DNA of 62,655 nucleotides, counting the filler, from Pirum gemmata (Eukaryota): assembly GCA_002812295.1 (NCBI GenBank). It is 13 parts of 13 records of this genome, joined end to end, with 100 filler letters (N's around TTAATTAATTAA, not from the genome) between each part and the next. Parts side by side here need not be neighbours in the genome. Positions count along the whole stretch, not along the records: positions 1 to 9,204 come from PDIN01001306.1; positions 9,305 to 13,563 come from PDIN01001307.1; 11 more parts are not named here. The stretch is one strand, 5' to 3'. Shown here piece after piece: positions 1-11,984 of this stretch. The position numbers and the translations under genes were made by a program. The notes beneath the pieces were generated by a model. That model saw nothing but the letters and a program-made list of their open reading frames with translations. It did not search any database and was not told where the DNA came from. Position 1 is the stretch's first letter. Every line of letters starts with the position of its first letter.

Positions 1-194
1 AAATAGTACCAAATTAATATAATATAAATCCATTTCATTTAATTTGGTATATTTTATTATCTATATATTGATTTAAAAATATCAATTTATAGATTATAAC
101 CCTCCAAATAAATACTCCTAGTGACAAAATAAATGAAAAGCACAATATATAGTCTATTATAGAATGGTGAGGTATATATCATACCGGTATACAT

Positions 195-384
195 TATTGT
201 GCTTTTCATTTATTTTGTCACTCCGAATATTTATTTGGTTGGTTATAATATTTAAATTGACATTTTTAAATTAATAAATAGATAAATAAAATATACCAAA
301 TTAAATGAAATGGATTTATATTGTATTAATTTGGTACTATTTATTGTATATTTTATGATGACAAAACAACTGAAAAGCACAATA
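195..384 (+). mobile_element. MITE family A (~190 bp, TA-flanked, TIR TYGTGCTTTTCA); about 20 copies in the window
   Basis: Imperfect ~25-bp TIRs (TTGTGCTTTTCATTTATTTTGTCA ... TGACAAAACAACTGAAAAGCACAA) and an internal inverted TACCAAATTAA...TTAATTTGGTA. Other copies, in either orientation, lie at about 1-147, 615-804, 5015-5207, 5776-5955, 6093-6192, 6315-6505, 6851-7039, 8112-8294, 9150-9204, 19311-19490, 22800-22920, 24284-24470 (diverged), 45985-46165, 47783-47967, 56737-56912, 58186-58360, 59440-59593, 60640-60859 and 61059-61247. Confidence 0.9.
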
Positions 385-1254
385 TGATGTCTCAAACAAA
401 AATTGCCTGTCTTGCCCATCTCAACGAAGAGGCTTCCAAAACTCTTCCAAACGTCTTTTTCTTTTTTGATTTAGGCCAGAAATCTACTAGAAATCTCCTC
501 TCCTAAAAAAAAAAGTGAGGAGGGGTGAATTACGTCAAATTGACGTAAAAATTTGCAATTGACTCTCTCTTGGTCGTAGGAGTCCTAGGTCCTATCGATA
601 TCATGTGTAATACATATTGTGCTTTTCATTTATTTTGTCACTCTGAATATTTATTTGGTTGGTTGTAATATTTAAGTTGTCAATTTTTAAATGAATAAAT
701 AGATAATATAATATACCAAATTAAATGAAATGGATTTATATAGTATTAATTTGGTACTCTTTATTGTATATTTTATGATGACAAAACAACTGAAAAGCAC
801 AATAGACTAATCTATCAGATATATATGATATCACAAAATTTAAAAGCACGCTACCCACACAGATCAGCCACCTCTATAGTTAGCCACATTATTACTGTAG
901 TTTTTTAATAGACCCTCGTCTACTACATTGATGTATTGATGTCGTATTATAAATAAGATTCGTATATATCTGATATACAAGAGACCTATAATTATAAACA
1001 TGTCTATAAATTAAAAACATATATATAAAAAGAAAGGGAGATAAGATTGCCGGGGGGACACCCCGAGACCCTGACCAGGGCAGCACCTGGCAGAGTAACA
1101 AATCCCGTATAAATAAAAAAAATACAAAACCAAAAAGAAAGAGAACACAAAAAAAAATAGGAAACAAAGAGAAACAAAAATAAAGAGAAACAAAAATAAT
1201 AAATAAAACCAATTGAGAGCACTACTAATAAACATCATCAATTTTATTGTAACA

Positions 1255-2247
1255 ATGAAATTTGGAGCTATTATTTTGGTTTTAGCAACCACTTTAAGTA
1301 TCATTATTGCTATCACATCTGCAGCGGTAAGCGAAAATGGACGTTTACAAGTTTCTGGTAATAAAATAATAAACAAGAACGGAAGTCAAGTTCATTTTGA
1401 GGGTATGTCTTTTTTTTGGTCTAACAATGACTGGGGTGGTGAGAATTTCTACAACTCTGATATGGTGGGAAATTTGAAAAGCAAACTTGGCGTTACCATT
1501 GTTCGGGCTGCTATGGGTGTGGAAGACCCCGGAGGCTACTTAGAAGACAGTAGTAATAAAGAAAAAGTTGAGACGATAGTTGATGCAGCTATTGCCCAAG
1601 ACCTTTATGTCATAATTGACTGGCATAGTCATCACGCAGAATTATATCCTTCTCAGGCCGAAGAATTTTTCCGACAAATGGCATTAAAATACGCAAATTA
1701 CGATAATATCATTTACGAAGTTTACAACGAACCATTACAAATAAGTTGGGATGATAATATAAAACCATACGCTGAGGGTGTCATCCGGGCTATTAGAGAA
1801 CACGACAACAAAAACATTATTGTCGTAGGTACTCCAACTTGGTCTCAAGATGTTGATAAAGCTGCTGATAATCCTATTACTGGGTACAGTAATATTGCTT
1901 ATACTTTGCATTTCTATGCTGGGACACATGGTCAATATTTAAGGGAAAAGGGGAATTACGCTTTAGACAAAGGCCTAGCTTTGATGGTGACTGAATGGGG
2001 TACTGTCAATGCCAATGGGGATGGCGTGGTTAGTCGTGATGAAACGTGGACTTGGGTTAATTGGATGAGAGAAAAAGGTATTTCTAGCTGTAACTGGAGT
2101 GTAAATGATAAATCTGAAGGAGCTTCTTTGTTGAACCCTAACGCATCTGTAACTGGCAGTGATTTAGAAAACCAATTAACTGCTTCCGGTCAATTAGTAA
2201 AAGAAATTCTTAAGGAAAATTGTTTAAACGATGGCTTATCACGGTAA
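1255..2247 (+). CDS. Secreted glycoside hydrolase family 5 endoglucanase (cellulase, GH5_2/Cel5A-like), intronless catalytic domain
   Basis: ATG at 1255 begins a signal peptide (MKFGAIILVLATTLSIIIAITSA). GH5 motifs are GMSFFWS, VRAAMG, IIDWHSH, YEVYNEP (acid/base Glu), HFYAGTH, VTEWG (nucleophile Glu) and NWS. A GTAAGT at 2244 overlaps the stop codon, so a downstream exon is possible. Confidence 0.96.
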   Translation: MKFGAIILVLATTLSIIIAITSAAVSENGRLQVSGNKIINKNGSQVHFEGMSFFWSNNDWGGENFYNSDMVGNLKSKLGVTIVRAAMGVEDPGGYLEDSSNKEKVETIVDAAIAQDLYVIIDWHSHHAELYPSQAEEFFRQMALKYANYDNIIYEVYNEPLQISWDDNIKPYAEGVIRAIREHDNKNIIVVGTPTWSQDVDKAADNPITGYSNIAYTLHFYAGTHGQYLREKGNYALDKGLALMVTEWGTVNANGDGVVSRDETWTWVNWMREKGISSCNWSVNDKSEGASLLNPNASVTGSDLENQLTASGQLVKEILKENCLNDGLSR

Positions 2248-2970
2248 GTTTTGTTATTTATTATTATTGTTACTATTACTATTTGAATAATTTTTTCGTT
2301 TTTGGTTTGTTTATTTATTTGTTTGTTTTCTACCCCCCCCCTCTCCCTCCCTCCCATCACTTTTTACCCCCATCGCTACTACCATCACCAATCTTTTTTG
2401 TTTTTTTGTTTTTTGTTTTCGTTATTGTTGTTATATTGAATAGTTATTTCTATCATTAATGTTATTTAACTCTACATATATACTTAAAAAAGATGCGAAG
2501 GTGTAAATTTCAATAAAGGAAACCTGTTGTCCAGTCAGCCATAAATGTGCGTTTTCAATATTAGTCGAGAAATGAATTAATGATAGACTGTGTCAATAGA
2601 AAATACGATTTAAAAAACTTGCTATTCCAGCTGCTAATGGGCATTACCTACTAATCCATACATAATACATAATAATTAATGATAACCAAATATAGCTATA
2701 TTCGCTTGTAGTGAATTTATGACCTTACTTAATAATTAAGTAATGTTAAAACAGTTCTATGCTGAGAAAACATAAAAAAAAAAAATCTAGTCTGCCTGGT
2801 CTCTGCCGCCAAATGCCAAGTTTCAATTTTTTTTTTTTTTTTTCGATTTTTATTTGGTAGTATTATTATTCATGATATCAATAAATAAACATCGATTTGA
2901 TTCACTTCATTTACTTTTTTCATTTATATTAAACGATATAATATTATTATGAATTAATAAATTGAACATC

Positions 2971-3027
<57 letters not shown>

Positions 3028-3603
3028 CAAGAATAATAAGAATAATAAGAATAATACTAACACAGCAAAGTTTATTTGCGATGTGTGTAGTAGAGAATAT
3101 AATACATCAATTTGGTTTAATAAAACACAAAACCAAATGCAATAATGATATTAGAAATAGAAATAGAAATTAGAAATAGAAATAGAAATAAAAATAAAAA
3201 TAAAGATATTAATAATGATGTAATAGTCAAAAAAAAACACCAAAAAGAAAAAGAACATAATAATCAATAAAGAGTTGGCCAAAAGAATATACGATGAGGC
3301 ACACCTCGAATTAGATGAGTACGGGCAAGGTTTGGAACTTGTTCTGCTGGAGGAAATACCATCCATTACCACGGAAAGCTGTGATAGCCTTGGTTGAGCT
3401 AATGGATTCCTTGACTGGTACAAGCGAAAACACGGAAAATGACAGTTATGAATGTATGAAAAAAATATGGCAAGTAATATTTTCACGAACGAATGAAATA
3501 TTTTTGTCTATTCATACATCATTCAATAGTTATAGTAAAAGGGACGAAGGAATTATCTTACAATTAAGAAGTTTTTGCTCAGATAATGAGGTGATAGCAA
3601 AGC

Positions 3604-3634
<31 letters not shown>

Positions 3635-4224
3635 CAAGTTTTTTTTTTTTTGTATTATTATTATACTAAATTTAAAAAATACGAAATAATAGACACCCAA
3701 TAATTTTGCAAATATTCAAATAATTTTGAAAATAAATAAATGAAAACCCAGTCTCAACGGGGATTTTTTAATTTTATTATAACGTCTACTTGCTTCATGT
3801 ATATGTGATTGTTTGTGTGGTTTTTATTTCTCAAATTATTCGTAAAGATTCCATTTTTGGGCCTTTTGTAGTAGTTAATTGTGTATTTTTCAAAAAAATT
3901 ATATATAAATCAATAAATGAAATGCCAACAATTAATTACAAATTAATAAATTGAAGGAGATTACAAAAAAATTCCTCAATCTTCGATTTTTACATACAAA
4001 AAATCTATTATTATTATTAGTGTTAGTATTGATTATTATCATTATCACAATTTCCCCTCCTATGATTATTATTATTATTATTATTTATTATTACTGTTAT
4101 ACATAAAAGAAGTAATATATATATATATATATATAGTCTACTTACTCCATTAACCTCATTATTACCATTTTTTAAAAATTTTCAAATGATTAATATTACT
4201 AACAAATAAAGGAATTTACGGAAT

Positions 4225-4296
4225 TGTACCGACCGGGAATCGAACCCGGGTCCAGCATATGGCAAACGCTGAGGATAGCCCCTACCCCACCGGTAC
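4225..4296 (-). tRNA. tRNA-Gly (GCC)
   Basis: The reverse complement folds as a 72-nt cloverleaf: acceptor GTACCGG/TCGGTAC-A, anticodon arm AGCGT-TTGCCAT-ATGCT, T arm CCGGG-TTCGATT-CCCGG. Confidence 0.95.
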
Positions 4297-4687
4297 TAGT
4301 GATTAAGTATTTTTTATTTCTAATATTATTCGGAAAGATTCCATTTTTCTTGTTTATCCCCCCAATAATTTCCCCACCTGTGAATCAAAAAAAAAAAAAC
4401 AATATAGTACAAAAACAATTGANATAATAATAATTAATTATATGATAGTAATAATAATAATAATAATTAATTATAGTAATAATAATAATAATAATAATAA
4501 TTGATAATAGTGTTAACAATACAAAACTATAATACTAAAGTCTGGTATCAATATCGATAGTATTCGATACCAACCCAGCTGATACCAACTTGTAAATGAT
4601 ACAAACTATGATCAGATACGCATGATAATCGGGTCTACTTGATATTTCATAGTCATAATAACTGATATTTGTAATAATTACTATAGC

Positions 4688-4890
4688 TATAGTGCTTTTG
4701 AATAAATAGTGTTGTCCAGTTCAAAACTGAAATAAACCTACCAAATTATTATTATGGCTAAACTATTAGAAATGTTTTGGTTAATTTGGTACTTTATACT
4801 TAATTTTGTATTTTATAAACAAGTTCAGTTATACACTTAAACAGTACCAAATTAAAGATTGAGAGGAAAACTGTAATGAAATAGAAGATA
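4688..4890 (+). mobile_element. MITE family B (~200 bp, termini related to family A); about 11 copies
   Basis: Consensus is TATCGTGTTTTTCAATAGTGTTGTCCAGTTCAAAAACTGAAAT...GTAATGAAATAGACAATA with internal TACCAAATTA motifs. Copies at about 5458-5601, 19689-19865(-), 23360-23515(-), 24080-24261, 24727-24975, 25222-25440, 27550-27776(-), 44494-44666, 58630-58800 and 62326-62502. Confidence 0.82.
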
Positions 4891-7800
4891 GTTTATAATA
4901 ATAATAAACCGTTTTCACAGTGTTTTCCTGAGTGTTTTCAGTGTGTTTTCACTTTTTTTTTTCTTTAAAATAAATTCCAAAAACTAAAAACTATGCTATA
5001 AAAATATGTTATCATATCGTGCTTTTCAGTTATTTTGTTGTCATACATAAAATATACAATAAATAGTACCAAATTAATACATTATAAATCCATTTAATTT
5101 AATTTGGTATTTTTTATTATCTATATATTTATTTAAAAGTTTCAATTTAAATTTTATAACTCTCCAAATAAATATTCAGAGTGACAAAATAAATGAAAAG
5201 CACAATATAACTTACATAATATAATAATACCAGTAGCTGTAAATTCCCTGTAATACCATTGCTATGATAATAAAATAAACTCTAATAATTTAAGATCAAA
5301 TAATATTTTTAAAAAATAATCATGATAAATAGACCGCCTAAATAAGTAAATAAATCCGTCTGTATTATTATATACTTATATAGTTTATAAGCTTATTAGT
5401 CTATATATCTATGATATATGATATCGATAAACTAGACTATGATATACAGTCATATACTGTCGTGTTTTTCAATAGTGCTGTCCAGGTCGAAAATTGAAAT
5501 AAACAAACCAGATCATTATGATATTATGGTTAATTAAAAACTATCAAACATGTTTTAATTAATTGGGTATTTTATATTTAATGTTGTAATGAAATAGACT
5601 ATATAATATATATGATATTATATACATCATAATATTATCATAATATTATACTCACACTGTCACACAGTTGCTTACACTCTCCATTCTCATATATATTTGA
5701 ATGTAGACCCCCCCTCCCTAGTCTATGAGAAAGACTTTTGCAAACTAGTCTAGTCTACCCTTGAAAAAAGAGAGATATCGTGCTTTTCAGTTGTTTTGTC
5801 ATCATAAAATATACAATAAAGAGTACCAAATTAATACAATAAAAATCCATTTCATTTAATTTGGTATACTTTATTGTCTATTTATTCATTTAGGAATGTC
5901 AATTTAAATATTATAACCAACCAAATAAATGACAAAATAAATGAAAAGCACGATAGTCTTATGTAGACCCCCTCTAGTAGCTAGCTAGACCTAAACTTTC
6001 TGAAAAGCCAGCCTAGACGGGTCTACATAGTCTAGCTAGCCGGGAAGATTCAGAAAGAAAACAGTAAGAAAACCATCAAAAAGACAGTAGACTATCGTGC
6101 TTTTCAGTTATTTTGTCGTCATAAAATATACAATAAATAGTACCAAATTAATATAATATAAATCCATTTCATTTAATTTGGTATATTTTATTNGCTTCAA
6201 ATACCCTACCTACCTACCCCTCGACGTTAATTTCCGGTCAAATACCACCTACCTACCTACCCTTTGACGTGACGTATTATTTGAACGCTCCCTAATGTCA
6301 TAAAGTATCTTTGATATCGTGCTTTTCATTTATTTTGCCACTCTAAATATTTATTTAGAGGGTTATAATATTTAAATTGACACTTCTAAATAAATATATA
6401 GATAATAAAATATACCAAATTTTAAATTAAATGGATTTATATTGTATTAATTTGGTACTATTTATTGTATATTTTTATGATGACAAAACAACTGAAAAGC
6501 ACGTATGACATACACTATAATATTTAATTTTTATGATATCGGATTGTAAAAGTATTGTAAACGATATCGATATCATAAAAAGATGATGTAAAAAATGCAA
6601 TGTATTATTATAACTATAAGAGGTTGTCCTTGCCCCATCGTAGCTCTGCATCGCTCTGCATCGTAGCTATAGATAATATCTATAGAAAATATAGAAAAAC
6701 TCAATGCTAAGAAATACAATCTATTCCAGGTAGATTGACCAGAGAGCTGTCCAGAGGACCATAACCTTGACCTTGCCATTCATCTATATAAGACCAGTCT
6801 ATAGGTATAATTCTGGGATATTATTATATTATATATAAACTATATCATACTATTGTGCTTTTCATTTATTTTCTCACTCCGAATATTTATTTGGTTGGTT
6901 ATAATTTTTTAATTGACATTATTAAATGAATAAATAGATAATAAAATATACCAAATTAAAAGAAATGGATTTATATTGTATTAATTTGGTACTCATTATT
7001 GTATATTTTATGATGACAAAACAACTGAAAAGCACGATACAACTTGTATAACTAGTTCTACTTGTATTATCATAAAACAATATCTGATTTATCGATAATT
7101 AAAGCATTTAATATACAGTACTACTATAATATATCGTAATTAAATGTAATGGTTTTTCTTTTTTTAAAAATGTTATCACCTTCTTAGGCTTTTCTATGTA
7201 GTATTGATATCTGATATCATTTATCTGATATCATAATATTATGATATCGGTGACATAATAATAGATATCATAATATTATTATTATTATAATAGACTATTA
7301 TGCTATTAAAATTATAGACTATATATCATGTCTATATGCTGATAATATTATGAGCTTTTGAGTCAAGAGCTTTTGAGTTTTGAGACTTTTTGAGCCTTTT
7401 TGAGCCTAGCTAGCTAGCTAGCTATAGCTAGACTTGCTTACTGGCTCTACTATGATAGCTATCGATATGATATGATAGTAGCTCTACTATATCATAGCTA
7501 TCATAGCTAGCTAGTAGATAGTATTGATAGCTACCTACTACTAGCTATCATAGCTAGCTAGCTAGCTCTACTAGGATTAGGGGAGCGTTCAAATACTACA
7601 TAACGCCAATTTCCAGTCAAATACAGCTTCAAATACCTACCCCTCGACGTTAATTTCCTGGTCAAATACCACCTACCTACCTACCCCTTGACGTGACGTA
7701 TTATCTTTAAAAATATCGATATCCGTGTTGTAGACTTGTAGTCTGTTAAACTCTGGTAGTCTAACTTGTATGATAAGGCCTGGCACTGGCAGGAATAGTA

Positions 7801-9204
7801 GGACTTAGTACTGTAGGCTATTTTGTGCCAATTTGTGGCTCACGAATCTAGACTAATTACCAAATCAGGTCAGGGACCTGGCTGAGCCTCTACTAGTAGG
7901 CCCCTAGAACTGCCCCTAGCTAGTAGCTAGCTAGTGCCTGGCCCAGCCTGGGCCCTGAGTCTGAAGTTCTGGGGATTCTGAACTTTCAAGTTTCAACTCT
8001 CTGAAGGTCCTCAGGGCTGTGACTCGCCTGTGGGTCTCAGAGTCTGGCGGCTGTGGGTCTATGTGGATGAGTGGATAAATGAGTAATTCGTTGAATAATA
8101 TTATGTTTATTTATCGTGCTTTTCATTTATTTTTTCACTCTAAATATTTATTTGGAGGGTTATAATCTTTAAATTGACATTTTTAAATCAAAAAATAGAT
8201 AATACAATATACCAAAATATATCAAATGGATTTATATTGTATTTATTTGGTACTATTTATTGTGTATTTTTATGATGACAAAATAACTGAAAAGTAGACT
8301 ACTATTGTTTTTTTTAAAAAAAATTATGCATGTAATAAATAAATTAAAAAAAAAGTTATCATATATGGATAGTTTAAAATCATAGTTATAACGAAAAACA
8401 CTAATCAAAGGGCATAAAAAATGAAATTCACACTGATCTTCGATATTATAAATTATTTATAATAATAATTATATATTATGAATCTATGATATGATATAAT
8501 AATATTATGATAGATGATACTTCTAAGTTCTAACTAGTGTCAATAAATATTTCAAGAACAAAATAATTTTATTTTAAAATTATTAATTAAATATTTTTTG
8601 TGATTATGGGTTTTTTGAAATTAATTATAAAGTTGATATGGGGTATAGTACTAATACGACTAGTGTGCCATATCACTCCAGCACTACCGAGTACTGCAGC
8701 TTGCTTGTCCTACTCAGCAGGTGTAATACTCGACTATTATCATATAATATTGCTACGAACAGAGTACGAATACAGTACGAATATGCACATCCATCGTATA
8801 GACCATACTATGGATAATAAATATTAAAGCTTTCAAATAATGCGCTACGTCAAGGGGTAGGTAGGTAGGTGGTATCTGACCGGAAATTAACGTCGAGGGG
8901 TAGGTAGGCAGAGGTATATTTGAAGCTGTATTTGACCGGAAGTTGGCTTTACGACGTTTACGTATTATTTGAATATAAAATAATGCTTTTTTTTTTTTTC
9001 TATCCTTGTCTATAGTGGCAGTGTCTCCACTGACTCTCCAAACTCCAAAGTCTCCTACGCAGCTATGCTCCTATTAATATCATCATAATATGATAGTTTT
9101 TCTTAGATAGTTTTTCTTGTTTACGATCATGTAAAAATAATGTAAACTTTATCGTGCTTTTCAGTTGTTTTGTCATCATAAAATATACAATAAAGAGTAC
9201 CAAA

Positions 9205-9304
9205 NNNNNNNNNNNNNNNNNNNNNNNNNNNNNNNNNNNNNNNNNNNNTTAATTAATTAANNNNNNNNNNNNNNNNNNNNNNNNNNNNNNNNNNNNNNNN
9301 NNNN
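9205..9304. other. Artificial contig linker N44-TTAATTAATTAA-N44 (12 in the window)
   Basis: Identical 100-nt six-frame-stop spacers also start at 13564, 17977, 22325, 26716, 31813, 36205, 40615, 46824, 51181, 55574 and 59983. Confidence 0.99.
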
Positions 9305-9345
9305 GTTGTTGTTGTTGTTGTTGTTATTGCTGTTGTTGTTGTTAC

Positions 9346-9385
<40 letters not shown>

Positions 9386-9521
9386 GCTGTTATTTTTGTG
9401 ATTGTGATTGTGATAGTGAATGTGATTGTGATTATTATTGTTGTAATGATTATGATTATGATTATGATTATGATTATGATTATGATTATGATTGTTACCC
9501 TAACCCCCTTATAAAATAATG

Positions 9522-9555
<34 letters not shown>

Positions 9556-9586
9556 TATGCATGTGTATATATAATACATGATTAGG

Positions 9587-9770
9587 AAACCCTCAAATGC
9601 AAAATAATCCTGATTTTAATCCAGCCAAACTTTTGGCAACAGGAAAAAAATTGTTCGATATGTATCAAAGCCACTCTTCAAAAAGCGAAATGGGTAAAGT
9701 GTTGGTTAGTGAAGCATTACCCGAGGTTATGAAAATGGATGCTTTGAAAAAATATCTTCCAAAATTATAA
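9587..9770 (+). CDS. Probable terminal exon of an unknown gene
   Basis: An AG acceptor after a low-complexity intron-like tract is followed by an open frame NPQMQNNPDFNPAKLLATGKKLFDMYQSHSSKSEMGKVLVSEALPEVMKMDALKKYLPKL-stop. Confidence 0.5.
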
Positions 9771-9771
9771 G

Positions 9772-9890
9772 TTAGGGTTAGGGTTAGGGTTAGGGTTAGG
9801 GTTAGGGTTAGGGTTAGGGTTAGGGTTAGGGTCAGGGTTGGGGTTGGGTTAGGGTTAGGGTTAGGGGTAGGGTTAGTGTTAGGGTCAGGG
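9772..9890 (+). repeat. Interstitial telomeric (TTAGGG)n tract flanked by a ~27-bp direct repeat
   Basis: TGAAAAAATATCTTCCAAAATTATAAGT at 9745-9772 and TGAAAAATATCTTCCAAAATTATAAGT at 9891-9917. Confidence 0.92.
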
Positions 9891-10013
9891 TGAAAAATAT
9901 CTTCCAAAATTATAAGTAAGACATTGAAGTCTAAAGCATGAGACGAACAAACATGGATGACGTCATTATGATAAATTGAGAGGGTTCGAGAGTTTTTTAT
10001 CTTTTTCTACCTT

Positions 10014-10046
<33 letters not shown>

Positions 10047-10733
10047 GGTATATGAATCACATCCGAATTAAAAATTATATTGCAAAAGTATTATGGTCCA
10101 CAATTCGAAACATTTACGAAAAATATGCCTATATATCAATGGAACTTTTTAATAGAAACACATGAATTTATAATTGATTCAATTGGTACCGATAAAAATG
10201 GTGATCCACGTGCTTATAATACTATTGCACAATATTTGAGTGCCATAAATGTATATTATTAGCACGTTGCTAACGTTTTCGAGCATATATCCCGATCGGT
10301 CGATTGTTCGATTGACCGATTATATAAGCTCAAAAATAGGTAATAGTAAATATTTTGGTTTTGAGTAAACAAAAATTACTAGTGATGGAAAAATAACAAG
10401 AAAAAAAAAAGAAAAATTGTCGAAAATCTCTTTATTTTTTATATATATTTAATTTTTATTTTATTTTTTGTTTTTATAAATTATTTATAAATCATCCCTG
10501 ATAATTATTATTATTATTCACTTCTACATTAAATTTTGATGTTTTTGTTTTTAAAGAAAATTGTTAAAACACAATATTGTTTACAAAGTATAATCCACTT
10601 TGAACTTTTTAAATTTATTTTTCTGATTTTAGTTTTATGGTTTCCTTTTTATTATTGTTTTTTTTTTTTAACAATTTTAAAATAAATATGTATACTGTCA
10701 TTATTATTATTATTGTTATTGTAGTTATTATAG

Positions 10734-10780
<47 letters not shown>

Positions 10781-10871
10781 GCCGAAAAAATTTGTCAATA
10801 AAATATTTTTTCATCTCATTATCTCTGGTATTGGTAAAATATTCAGTTCCATAAAACATTGTAGGAATATT

Positions 10872-11655
10872 AATAGCACGTTGCTAACGTTTTCGAGCAT
10901 ATATCCAGATCGGTCGATTGTTCGATTGACCGATTATATAAGCTCGAAAATAGGTAATCGATCCATTTAGCTCGAAAAAAAAGGGTCAAATCGCGCAAAT
11001 TGGTTATATACCTGAAATTTCGCACATTTTTTCGCCTATTTAACACATATCTAAACCCTTTAATTAATCATCACCATCTTATCCACTTATGCCCCTCACA
11101 TTCTAATCAGGGTTGAAAAATCAAACTTTTGCGCTGGACCAATTGTCGAGTGTCGACCCCTATCCTAAATCAAAAAATTGGTTGACGAATTATACGTTAG
11201 TATTACCTCACACCCCTCAGGCTAACTCCTCAAAAAACAGCAAAAAACAGCTCAAAACCCCCCCAAAAATTCCTATAATTGTCCAACTATAGGAGGGGTG
11301 AGAACTCTTATGGCGAACTTTTTTGACCGAGGCACAAAGTAAATGTTGTTCGCCTGTTTCGCCTTACCATATTTAGTATTTGTAATTATTTATTTAGTAA
11401 CTACCTATTTAAGTAGTTACTTTAAAAAGAGTTTATTATACTATTTATAGTAACTTTAGGCAAATTTCTGGAAGTTCGCCGGTCCGAGCATCCGGTCCGA
11501 GCATCCAATTGGTAAGATGACGTCATCTCATCCCTCCTCCAACTATCCAAACATTTTGCCCTTATTTAACCCGTGTAGCCCCGATCTCTCCGATTGCTCG
11601 ATCGTTCCATATGCTCGAAAGCGTTAGCAACCTGCTAATAGCATTATTAGCACTT
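10872..11655 (+). mobile_element. Helentron-associated (HINE/DINE-like) non-autonomous element carrying a nested family-D MITE
   Basis: Subterminal inverted repeats TAGCACGTTGCTAACGTTTTCGAGCATAT / ATATGCTCGAAAGCGTTAGCAACCTGCTA, a 3' hairpin TGCTAATA-GCAT-TATTAGCA, then CTTT. An orphan left end lies at 10257-10345. Confidence 0.6.
11291..11538 (+). mobile_element. MITE family D with an 8-bp target-site duplication
   Basis: TIR AGGAGGGGTGAGA ... TCTCATCCCTCCT flanked by a perfect CCAACTAT TSD (11283-11290 and 11539-11546). Relatives with AGTAGGGGTGAGA termini at about 21223-21455 and 29691-29887; more distant or partial relatives at 23003-23284, ~517, 19500-19610 and 26625-26702. Confidence 0.85.
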
Positions 11656-11984
11656 TAAACGCTCTAGATTTCGGTTTAATAGTTCAGATCAGCATTCTGG
11701 AATAGCTTGGTTTTTTGTTTATTTTTTCGATTGAACGACGTCTATTTACTCTCTATCCAATCGATGAACGTTCTATAATTTTTTACCGCAAACACTATTT
11801 CCCCTGGGAAAAACATTCAGACTTTTTCCAGTTAAAATTGTGAATAAACACACTCAAAACACCATCTGGACGTCTAGAATAGCATTTGTGCACCCAAGTT
11901 TGTCAATCTATAAGAACGGGACATCGCGACAATCAGGGACATTTATATAAAAAATGCAGTCAACTTTTGCAAATCACAAGGTCA

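Noticed and set aside
1048..1098. TPP riboswitch resemblance (GAGA, CCTGA, stem-loop)
   Set aside because: It lacks the UGAGA, J2/4 and GCG-AGG core, and the P2 and P4 strands would overlap.
1255..2247. Bacterial contamination as the source of the GH5 gene
   Set aside because: The same contig piece carries host MITEs, AAT microsatellites and a eukaryote-type tRNA gene without encoded CCA.
3250..3610. Coding-like segment (ORF 3315-3689 and an overlapping frame with TGA stops)
   Set aside because: No recognisable domain. Other genes here use the standard code, so stop reassignment is unsupported. It may be a decayed fragment.
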